Source: the human T2T-CHM13v2.0 reference genome, Homo sapiens. From it: DNA of 64,000 bases. Under the pieces are notes generated by a model. That model saw only the letters and a program-made list of their open reading frames with translations, did not search any database and was not told the DNA's origin. Shown here one piece after another: positions 49,101 through 62,400 of this stretch. The translations under genes and the position numbers were made by a program. The number at the start of each line of letters is the position of its first letter. The first letter of the stretch is position 1. The stretch lies in the NCBI RefSeq assembly GCF_009914755.1, contig NC_060939.1. The stretch is one strand, 5' to 3'.

Positions 49101-52100
49101 TGTACATCAAATATATATTTTATTCTGTACATAAAATATCAAAGTACACCAGATATATATTCTATAGTGTACATAAAATAACAGAGTACACAAACTATAA
49201 ATTATATACTGTACATAAAATATGAAATTACATCAAATATATATTATATTAGGTACATAAAATATGAAGGTACATCAAATATAGATTATATACTGTCCAT
49301 AAAATATCAAAGTACCCAAGGTATATATTCTATACTGTACAAAAAATATCAAAGTACCCAAAGCATGTATTATATACTGTATATAAAATATGAAAGTACA
49401 TTAAAGATATATTTTATTCTGTACATAAAATATCAAAGTACACCAGATATATATTCTATAGTGTACATAAAATAACAAAGTACACAAACTATAAATTATA
49501 TACTGTACATAAAATATGAAATTACATCAAATATATATTAGGTACATAAAATATGAAAGTACAGCAAATATAGATTATATACTGTACATAAAATATCAAT
49601 GTACCCCAAATATATATTTTATACTCTACATGAAATATCAAAGTTCACAAACCATATATTATATACTGTACATAAAATATCAAAGTACCCAAGGTATATA
49701 TTCTATACTGTACAAAAAATATCAAAGTACCGAAAGCATGTATTATATACTGTACATAAAATATGAAAGTACATCAATTATATATTTTATTCTGTACATA
49801 AAATATCAAAGTACACCAGATATATATTCTATAGTGTCCATAAAATAAAAAAGTACCCAAACTATACATTATATACTGTACATAAAATATGAAATTACAT
49901 CAAATATATATTAGGTACATAAAATATGAAAGTACATCAAATATAGATTATATAATGTACATAAAATATCAAAGTACCCCAAATATATATTATATACTGT
50001 ACATGAAATATCAAAGTTCACAAACTATATATTATATACTGTACATAAAATATCAAAGTACCCAGGGTATATATTCTATACTGTACAAAAAAATATCAAA
50101 GTACCCAAAGCATGTATTATATACTGTACATAAAATATGAAAGTACATCAAATATATATTTTCTTCTGTACATAAAATATCAAAGTACACCAGATATATA
50201 TTCTATAGTGTACATAAAATATCAAAGTACACAAACTATACATTATATACTGTACATAAAATATGAAATTACATCAAATATATATTAGGTACATAAAATA
50301 TGAAAGTACATCAAATGTATATTTTATTCTGTACATAAAATATCAAAGTACACCAAATATATATTCCATAGTATATATAAAATATCAAAGTACCCAAACT
50401 ATACATTATATACTGTACATAAAATATGAAATTAGGTCAAATATATATTATATTAGGTACATAAAATTTGAAAGTACATCAAATATAGATTATCTATTCT
50501 ACATAAAATATCAAAGTACCCCAAATATACATTATATACTCTACATGAAATATCAAAATACACAAACTATATATTATATACTGTACATAAAATATCAAAG
50601 TACCCAAGGTATGTATTCTATACTGTACAAAAAATATCAAAGTTCCCAAAGCAAGTATTATATACCATACATAAAATATGAAAGTACATCAAATATATAT
50701 TTTATTCTGCACATAAAATATGAAAGTACACAAGATCTATATTTTATAGTGTACATAAAATATCAAAGTACAGAAACTATACATTATGTATTGTACATAA
50801 AATATGAAATTTCATCAAGTATATATTAGGTACATAAAATATGAAAGTACATCAAATATAGATTATATACTATACATAAAATATCAAAGTACACCAAATA
50901 TATATTATATACTGTATATGAAATATAAAAGTTCACAAACTATATATTATATACTATACATAAAATATCAAAGTACCCAAGGTATATATTCTATACTGTA
51001 CAAAAAATATCAAAGTACCTAAAGCATGTATTATATACTGTACCTAATATATGAAACTACATCAATTATATATTTTATTCTGTACATAAAATATCAAAGT
51101 ACACCAGATATATATTCTATAGTGTACATAAAATATCAAAGTACCCAAACTATGCATTATATACTGTACATAAAATATGAAATTACATCAAATATATATT
51201 AGGTACATGAAATATGAAAGTACTTCCATTATAGATTATATACTGTCCATAAAATATCAAAGTACCCAAGGTATATATTCTATACTGTACAAAAAATATC
51301 AAAGTACCCAAAGCTTGTATTATATACTGTACATAAAATATGAAAGTACATCAAATATATATTTTATCCTGTACATAAAATATGAAAGTACACCAGATAT
51401 ATATTCTATAGTGTACATAAAATATCAAAGTACTCAAACTATACATTATATACTGTACATAAAATATGAAATTACATCAAATATATATTATATTAGGAAC
51501 ATAAAATATGAAAGTACATCAAATATAGATTATATACTGTACATTAAATACCAAAGTACCCCAAATATATATTTTATACTGTACATGAAATATCAAAGTT
51601 CACAAACTATATATTATATACTGTACATATAATATCAAAGTACCCAAGGTATATATTCTATACTGTACAAAAAATAACAAAGTACCAAAAGCATGTATTA
51701 TATACTGTACCTAAACTATGAAAGTACATCAAATATATATTTTATTCTGTACATAAAATATCAAAGTACACCAGATATATATTCTATAGTGTACATAAAA
51801 TATCAAAGTACCCAAACTATACATTATATACTGTACATAAAATATGAAATTACTTCAAATATATACTATATTAGGTACATATAATATGAAAGTACATCAA
51901 ATATTGATTCTGTACTGTTCATAAAATATCAATGTACCCCAAATATATATTTTATACTCGACATGAAATATCAAAGTTCACAAACCATATATTATATACT
52001 GTATATAAAATATCAAAGTACCCAAGGTATATATTCTATACTGTACAAAAAATATCAAAGTACCCAAAGCATGTATTATATACAGTACATAAAATATGAA

Positions 52101-53660
52101 AGTACATCAAATATATTTTTTATTCTGTGTATAAAATATCAAAGTACACCAGATATATATTCTATAGTGTACATAAAATATCAAAGTACCCAAACTATAC
52201 ATTATATACTGTACATAAAATATGAAATTACATAAAATATATATTTGGTACATAAAATATGAAAGTACATAAAATATAGTTTATATACTATACATAAAAT
52301 ATCAATGTACAACAAATATATATTTTATACTCTACATGAAATATCAAATTTCACAAACTATATATTATATAATGTACATAAAATATCAAAGTACACAAGG
52401 TATATATTCTATACTGTACAAAAAATATCAAAGTACCCAAAGCATGTATTATATACTGTACATAAAGTATGAAAGTACATCAAATATATATTTTATTCTG
52501 TACATAAAATATCAAAGTACACCAGATATATATTCTATAGTGTACATAAAATAACAAAGTACTCAAACTATAAATTATATACTGTATATAAAATATGAAA
52601 TTACATCAAAAATATATTAGGTACATAAAATATGAAAGTACATCAAATATAGATTATATACTGTACATAAAATATCAATGTACCCCAAATATATATTTTA
52701 TACTCTACATGAAATATCAAAGTTCAGAAACCATATATTGTATACTGTACATAAAATATCAAAATACCCAAGGTATATATTCTATACTGTACAAAATATA
52801 TCAAAGTACCCAAAGCATGTATTATATACTGTACATAAAATATGAAAGTACATCAAATATATATTTTATTCTGTACATAAAATATCAAAGTACACCAGAT
52901 ATATATTCTATAGTGTACATAAAATATCAAAGTACCCAAACTATACATTATATACTGTACATAAAATATGAAATTACATCAAATATATATTAGGTACATA
53001 AAATATGAAAGTACATCAAATATAGATTATATACTGTACATAAAATATCAAAGTACACCAAATATATATTATATACTGTATATGAAATATCAAAGTTCAC
53101 AAACTATATATTATATACTGTACATAAAATATCAAAGTACCCAAGGTATATATTCTATACTGTACAAAAAATATTAAAGTACCCAAAGCATGTATTATAT
53201 ACTGTACATAAAATATGAAAGTACATCAAATATATATTTTATTCTGTACATAAAATATCAAAGTACACCAGATATATATTCTATAGTGTACATAAAATAT
53301 CAAAGTACCCAAACTATACATTATATACTGTACATAAAATATGAAATTACATCAAATATATATTATATTAGGTACATAAAATATGAATGTACATCAAATA
53401 TAGATTATATACTGTACATAAAATATCAAAGTACCCCAAATATATATTATATACTCTACAGGAAATATCAAAGTTCACAAACCATATATTATATACTGTA
53501 CATAAAATATCAAAGTACCCAAGGTATATATTCTATACTGTACAAAAAATATCAAAGTACCCAAAGCATGTATTATATACTGTATATAAAATATGAAAGT
53601 ACATCAAATATATATTTTATTCTGTACATAAAATATCAAAGTACACCAGATATATATTGT
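31200..53660 (+). repeat. Copy 2 of large tandem duplication (~22.46 kb)
   Basis: Directly abuts copy 1 and has the same order of private variants. It is longer by 378 bp (~34820-35195) and by 1418 bp (~39695-41110). Similarity ends at about 53605-53710. Confidence 0.9.
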
Positions 53661-53699
53661 ATAGTGTACATAAAATAACAAAGTACACAAACTATAAAT

Positions 53700-56440
53700 T
53701 ATATAATGTACATAAAATATGAAATTACATCAAATATATATTAGGTACATAAAATATGAAAGTACATCAAATATAGATTATATACTGTACATAAAATATC
53801 AAAGTACCCCAAATATATATTATATACTCTACATGAAATATCAAAGTTCACAAACTATATATTATATACTGTACATAAAATATCAAAGTACCCAAGGTAT
53901 ATATTCTATACTGTACAAAAAATATCAAAGTACCCAAGCATGTATTATATACTGTACATAAAATATGAAAGAACATCAAATATATATTTTATTCTGTACA
54001 TAAAATATCAAATTACACCAGATATATATTCTATAGTGTACATAAAATATCAAAGTACCCAAACTATACATTATATACTGTACATAAAATATGAAATTAC
54101 ATCAAATATATATTAGGTACATAAAATATGAAAGTACATCAAATATAGATTATATACTGTACATAAAATATCAAAGTACCCCAAATATATATTATACACT
54201 GTATATGAAATATCAAAGTTCACAAACTATATATTATATACTGTACATAATATATCAAAGTACCCAATGTATATATTCTATACTGTACAAAAAATATCAA
54301 AGTACCGAAAACATGTATTATATACTGTACATAAAATATGAAATTACATCAAATATATATTTTATTCTGTACATAAAATATCAAAGTACACCAGATATAT
54401 ATTCTATAGTGTACATAAAATATCAAAGTACCCAAACTATACATTATATACTGTACATAAAATATGAAATTACATCAAATATATATTATATTAGGTACAT
54501 AAAATATGAAAGTACATCAAATATAGATTATATACTGTACATTAAATAACAAAGTACCCCAAATCTATATTTTATACTGTTCATGAAATATCAAAGTTCA
54601 CAAACTATATATTATATACTGTACATATAATATCAAAGTACCTAAGGTATATATTCTATACTGTACAAAAAATAACAAAGTACCAAAAGCATGTATTATA
54701 TACTTTACCTAAAATATGAAAGTACCTCAAATATATATTTTATTCTGTACATAATATATCAAAGTACACCAGATATATATTCTATAGTGTACATAAAATA
54801 TCAAAGTACCCAAACTATACATTATATACTGTACATAAAATATGAAATTACATCAAATATGTATTATATTAGGTACATAAAATATGAAAGTACATCAAAT
54901 ATAGATTATATACTGTACATAAAATATCAAAGTACCCCAAATATATATTATATACTCTACATGAAATATCAAATTTCACAAACTATATATTATATACTGT
55001 ACATAAAATATCAAATTACCCAAGGTATATATTCCATACTGTACAAAAAATATCAAAGTACCCAAAGCATGTATTATATACTGTATATAAAATATGAAAG
55101 TACATTAAAGATATATTTTATTCTGTACATAAAATATCAAAGTACACCAGATATATATTCTATAGTATACATAAAATAAAAAGGACACAAACTATAAATT
55201 ATATACTGTACATAAAATATGAAATTACATGAAATATATATTAGGTACATAAAATATGAAAGTACATCAAATATAGATTATATACTGTACATATAATATC
55301 AATGTACCCCAAATATATATTTTATACTCTACATGAAATATCAAAGTTAACAAACCATACATTATATACTGTACATAAAATATCAAAGTACCCAAGGTAT
55401 ATATTCTATACTGTACAGAAAATATCAAAGTACCCAAAGCATGTATTATATACTGTACATAAAATATGAAAGTACATCAAATATATATTTTATTCTGTAC
55501 ATAAAATATCAAAGTACACCAGATATATATTCTATAGTGTACATAAAATATCAAAGTACCCAAACTATACATTATATACTGTACATAAAATATGAAATTA
55601 CATCAAATATATATTTGGTACATAAAATATGAAAGTACATCAAATATAGATTATATACTGTACATAAAATATCAAAGTACCCCAAATATATTTTATATAC
55701 TCTACATGAAATATCAAAGTTCACAAACTATATATTATATACTGTACATAAAATATCAAAGTACCCAAGTTATATATTCTATACTGTACAAAAAATATCA
55801 AAGTACCCAAAGCATGTATTATTTACTGTATATAAAATATGAAACTACATCAAATATATATTTTATTCTGTACATAAAATATCAAAGTACACCAGATATA
55901 TATTCTATAGTGTACATAAAATAAAAAAGTACACAAACAATAAATTATATACTGTACATAAAATATGAAATTACATCAAATATATATTAGGTACATAAAA
56001 TATGAAAGTACATCAAATATAGATTATATACTGTACCTAAAATATCAATGTACCCCAAATATATATTTTATACTCTACATGAAATATCAAAGTTCACAAA
56101 CCATATATGATATACTGTACTTAAAATATCAAAGTACCCAAGGTATATATTCTATACTTTACAAAAAATATCAAAGTACCCAAAGCATGTATAATATACT
56201 GTACATAAAATATGAAAGTACATCAAATATATATTTTATTCTGTACATAAAATATCAAAGTACACCAGATATATATTCTATAGTGTACATAAAATATCAA
56301 AGTACCCAAACTATACATTATATACTGTAAATAAAATATGAAATTACATCAAATATATTTTATATTAGGTACATAAAATAGGAAAGTACATCAAATATAG
56401 ATTATATACTGTACATTAAATACCAACGTACCCCAAATAT
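53700..56440 (+). repeat. Single-copy, more degenerate HSat1A units between the duplication and the right domain
   Basis: Contains many variants not seen elsewhere in the window: TACCCAAGCA 1-bp deletion at ~53935, AAAGAACATC, AAAGGACACA at ~55180, AGTTAACAAA, ATAGGAAAG and CCAACGTA at ~56425. Confidence 0.75.
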
Positions 56441-59400
56441 ATATTTTATACTCTACATGAAATATGAAAGTTCACAAACCATATATTATATACTGTACAT
56501 AAAATATCAAAGTACCCAAGGTATATATTCTATACTGTACAAAAAATATCAAAGTACCCAAAGCATGTATTATATACTGTACATAAAATATGAAACTACA
56601 TCAAATATATATTTTATTCTGTACATAAAATATCAAAGTACACCAGATATATATTCTATAGTGTACATAAAATATCAAAGTACCCAAACTATACATTATA
56701 CACTGTACATAAAATATGAAATTACATCAAATATATATTATATTAGGTACATAAAATATGAAAGTACATCAAATATAGATTATATACTGTACATAAAATA
56801 CCAAAGTACCCCAAATATATATTTTATACTGTACATGAAATATCAAAGTTCACACACTATATATTATATAATGTACATAAAATATCAAAGTACCCAAGGT
56901 ATATATTCTATATTGTACAAAAAATATCAAAGTACGCAAAGCATGTATTATATACTGTACATAAAATATAAAAGTACATCAAATATATATTTTATACTGT
57001 ACATAAAATATCAAAGTACACCAGATATATATTCTATAGTGTACATAAAATATCAAAGTACCCAAACTATACATTATATACTGTACATAAAATATGAAAT
57101 TACATCAAATATATATTATATTAGGTACATAAAATATGAAAGTACATAAAATATAGATTATATACTGTACATAAAATATCAAAGTACCCCAAATATATAT
57201 TATATACTCTACATGAAATATCAAAGTTCACAAACTATATATTATATACTGTACATAAAATATCAAAGTAACCAAGGTATATATTCTATACTGTACAAAA
57301 AATATCAAAGTATCCAAAGCATGTATTATATACTGTATATAAAATATGAAAGTACATTCAATATATATTTTATTCTGTACATAAAATATCAAAGTACACC
57401 AGATATATATTCTATAGTGTACATAAAATAACAAAGTACACAAACTATAAATTATATACTGTACATAAAATGTGAAATTACATCAAATATATATTAGGTA
57501 CATAAAATATGAAAGTACATCAAATATAGATTATATACTGTACATAAAATATCAATGTATCCCAAATATATATTTTATACTCTACATGAAATATCAAAGT
57601 TCACAAACCATATATTATATACTGTACATAAAATATCAAAGTACCCAAGGTATATATTCTATACTGTACAAAAAATATCAAAGTACCCAAAGCATGTATT
57701 ATATACTGTACATAAAATATGAAAGTACATCAAATATATATTTTATTCTGTACATAAAATATCAAAGTACACCAGATATATATTCTATAGTGTACATAAA
57801 ATAACAAAGTACACAAACTATACATTATACACTGTACATAAAATATGAAATTACATCAAATATATATTAGGTACATTAAATATGAAAGTACATCAAATAT
57901 AGATTATATACTGTACATAAAATATCAAAGTACCCCAAATATATATTATATTCTCTACATGAAATATCAAAGTTCACAAACTATATATTATATACTGTAC
58001 ATAAAATATCAAAGTACCCAAGGTATATATTCTATACTGTACAAAAAATATCAAAGTACCCAAAGCATGTATTATATACTGTACATAAAATATGAAAGTA
58101 CATCAAATATATATTTTATTCTGTACATAAAATATCAAAGTACACCAGATATATATTCTATAGTGTACATAAAATATCAAAATACCCAAACTATACATTA
58201 TATACTGTACATAAAATATGAAATTACATCAAATATATATTATATTAGGTACATAAAATATGAAAGCACATCAAATATAGATTATATACTGTACATTAAA
58301 TACCAAAGTACCCCAAATATATATTTTATTCTGTACATCAAATATCAAAGTTCACAAACTATATATTATATACTGTACATAAAATATCAAAGTACCCATG
58401 GTATATATTCTACACTGTACAAAAAATATCAAAGTACCCAAAGCATGTATTACATACTGTATATAAAATATGAAAGTACATCATATATATATTTTATTCT
58501 GTACATAAAATATCAAAGTACACCAGATATATATTCTATAGTGTACATAAAATAACAAAGTTCAAAAACTATGAATTATATGCTGTACATAAATATGAAA
58601 TTACATCAAATATATATTAGGTACATAAAATATGAAAGTACATCAAATATAGATTATATACTGTACATAAAATATCAATGTACCCCAAATATTTATTTTA
58701 TACTCTACATGAAATATGAAAGTTCACAAACCATATATTATATACTGTACATAAAATATCAAAGTACCCAAGGTATATATTCTATACTGTACAAAAAATA
58801 TCAAAGTACCCAAAGCATGTATTATATACTGTACATAAAATATGAAACTACATCAAATATATATTTTATTCTGTACATAAAATATCAAAGTACACCAGAT
58901 ATATATTCTATAGTGTACATAAAATATCAAAGTACCCAAACTATACATTATACACTGTACATAAAATATGAAATTACATCAAATATATATTATATTAGGT
59001 ACATAAAATATGAAAGTACATCAAATATAGATTATATACTGTACATAAAATACCAAAGTACCCCAAATATATATTTTATACTGTACATGAAATATCAAAG
59101 TTCACAAACTATATATTATATACTGTACATAAAATATCAAAGTACCCAATGTATATATTCTATATTGTACAAAAAATATCAAAGTACGCAAAGCATGTAT
59201 TATATACTGTACATAAAATATGAAAGTACATCAAATATATATTTTATACTGTACATAAAATATCAAAGTACACCAGATATATATTCTATAGTGTACATAA
59301 AATATCAAAGTACCCAAACTATACATTATATACTGTACATAAAATATGAGATTACATCAAAAATATATTATATTAGGTACATAAAATATGAAAGTACATC

Positions 59401-62400
59401 AAATATAGATTAAATACTGTACATAAAATATCAAAGTACCCCAAATATATATTATATACTCTACATGAAATATCAAAGTTCACAAACTATATATTATATA
59501 CTGTACATAAAATATCAAAGTACCCAAGGTATGTATTCTAAACTGTCCAAAAAATATCAAAGTATCCAAAGCATGTATTATATACTGTATATAAAATATG
59601 AAAGTACATTAAATATATATTTTATTCTGTACATAAAATATCAAAGTACACCAGATATATATTCTAAAGTGTACATAAAATAACAAAGTACACAAACTAT
59701 AAATTATATACTGTACATAAAATATGAAATTACATCAAATATATATTAGGTACATAAAATATGAAAGTACATCAAATATAGATTATATACTGTACATATA
59801 ATATCAATGTACCGCAAATATATATTTTATACTCAACATGAAATATCAAAGTTCACAAACCATACATTATATACTGTACATAAAATATCAAAGTACCCAA
59901 GGTATATATTCTATACTGTACAAAAAATATCAAAGTACCCAAAGCATGTATTATATACTGTACATAAAATATGAAAGTACATCAAATATATATTTTATTC
60001 TGTACATAAAATATCAAAGTACACCAGATATATATTCTATAGTGTACATAAAATATCAAAGTACCCAAACTATACATTATACACTGTACATAAAATATGA
60101 AATTACATCAAATATATATTAGGTACATTAAATATGAAAGTACATCAAATATAGATTATATACTGTACATAAAATATCAAAGTAACCCAAATATATATTA
60201 TATACTCTACATGAAATATCAAAGTTCACAAACTATATATTATATACTGTAAATAAAATATCAAAGTACCCAAGGTATATATTCTATACTGTACAAAAAA
60301 TATCAAAGTAACCAAAGCATGTATTATATACTGTACATAAAATATGAAAGTACATCAAATATATATTTTATTCTGTACCTAAAATATCAAAGTACACCAG
60401 ATATATATTCTATAGTGTACATAAAATAACAAAGTACACAAACTATAAATTATATACTGTACATAAAATATGAAATTACATCAAATATATATTAGGTACA
60501 TAAAATATGAAAGTGCATCAAATATAGATTATATACTGTACATAAAATATCAATGTACCCCAAATATATATTTTATACTCTACATGAAATATCAAAGTTC
60601 ACAAACCATATATTATATACTGTACATAAAATATCAAAGTACCCAAGGTATATATTCTATACTGTACAAAAAATATCAAAGTACACAAAGCATGTATTAT
60701 ATACTGTACATAAAATATGAAAGTACATCAAATATATATTTTATTCTGTACATAAAATATCAAAGTACACCAGATATATATTCTATAGTGTACATAAAAT
60801 ATAAAAGTACCCAAACTATACATTATACACTGTACATAAAATATGAAATTACATCAAATATATATTATATTAGGTACATAAAATATGAAAGCACATCAAA
60901 TATAGATTATATACTGAACATTAAGTACCAAAGTACCCCAAATATATATTTTATACTGTACATCAAATATCAAAGTTCACAAACTATATATTATATACTG
61001 TACATAAAATATCAAAGTACCCATGGTATATATTCTATACTGTACAAAAAATATCAAAGTACCCAAAGCATGTATTATATACTGTATATAAAATATGAAA
61101 GTACATCAAATATATATTTTATTCTGTACATAAAATATCAAAGTACACCAGATATATATTCTATAGTGTACATAAAATAACAAAGTACACAAACTATAAA
61201 TTATATACTGTACATAAAATATGAAATTACATCAAATATATATTAGGTACATAAAATATGAAAGTACATCAAATATAGATTATATACTGTACATAAAATA
61301 TCAATGTACCCCAAATATATATTTTATACTCTACATGAAATATCAAAGTTCAGAAACCATATATTATATACTGTACATAAAATATCAAAGTACCCAAGGT
61401 ATATATTCTATACTGTACAAAAAATATCAAAGTACTCAAAGCATGTATTATATACTGTACATAAAATATGAAAGTACATCAAATATATATTTTATTCTGT
61501 ACATAAAATATCAAAGTACACCAGATATATATTCTATAGTGTACATAAAATATCAAAGTACCCAAACTATACATTATACACTGTACATAAAATATGAAAT
61601 TACATCAAATATATATTATATTAGGTACATAAAATATGAAACCACATCAAATATAGATTATATACTGTACATTAAATACCAAAGTACCCCAAATATATAT
61701 TTTATACTGTACATCAAAATCAAAGTTCACAAACTATATATTATATACTGTACATAAAATATCAAAGTATCCATGGTATATATTCTATACTGTACAAAAA
61801 ATATCAAAGTACCCAAAGCATGTATTATATACTGTACATAAAATATGAAAGTACATCAAATATATATTTTATTCTGTACATAAAATATCAAAGTACACCA
61901 GATATATATTCTATAGTGTACATAAAATATCAAAGTACCCAAACTATACATTATATACTGTACATAAAATATGAAATTACATCAAATATATATTATATTA
62001 GGTACATAAAATATGAAAGTACATCAAATATAGATTATATACTGTACATAAATTATCAAAGTACCCCAAATATATATTATATACTCTACATGAAATATCA
62101 AAGTTCACAAACTATATATTATATACTATACATAAAATATAAAAGTACCCAAGGTATATATTCTATACTGTACAAAAAATATCAAAGTACCCAAAGCATG
62201 TATTATATACTGTATATAAAATATGAAAGTACATTAAATATATATTTTATTCTGTTTATAAAATATCAAAGTACACCAGATATATATTCTATAGTGTACA
62301 TAAAATAACAAAGTACACAAACTATAAATTATATACTGTACATAAAATATGAAATTACATCAAATATATACTAGGTACATAAAATATGAAAGTACATCAA

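Noticed and set aside
57228-57443. Sole minus-strand ORF (71 aa)
   Set aside because: It is a chance loss of stop codons through satellite point variants and does not indicate an inversion or a gene.
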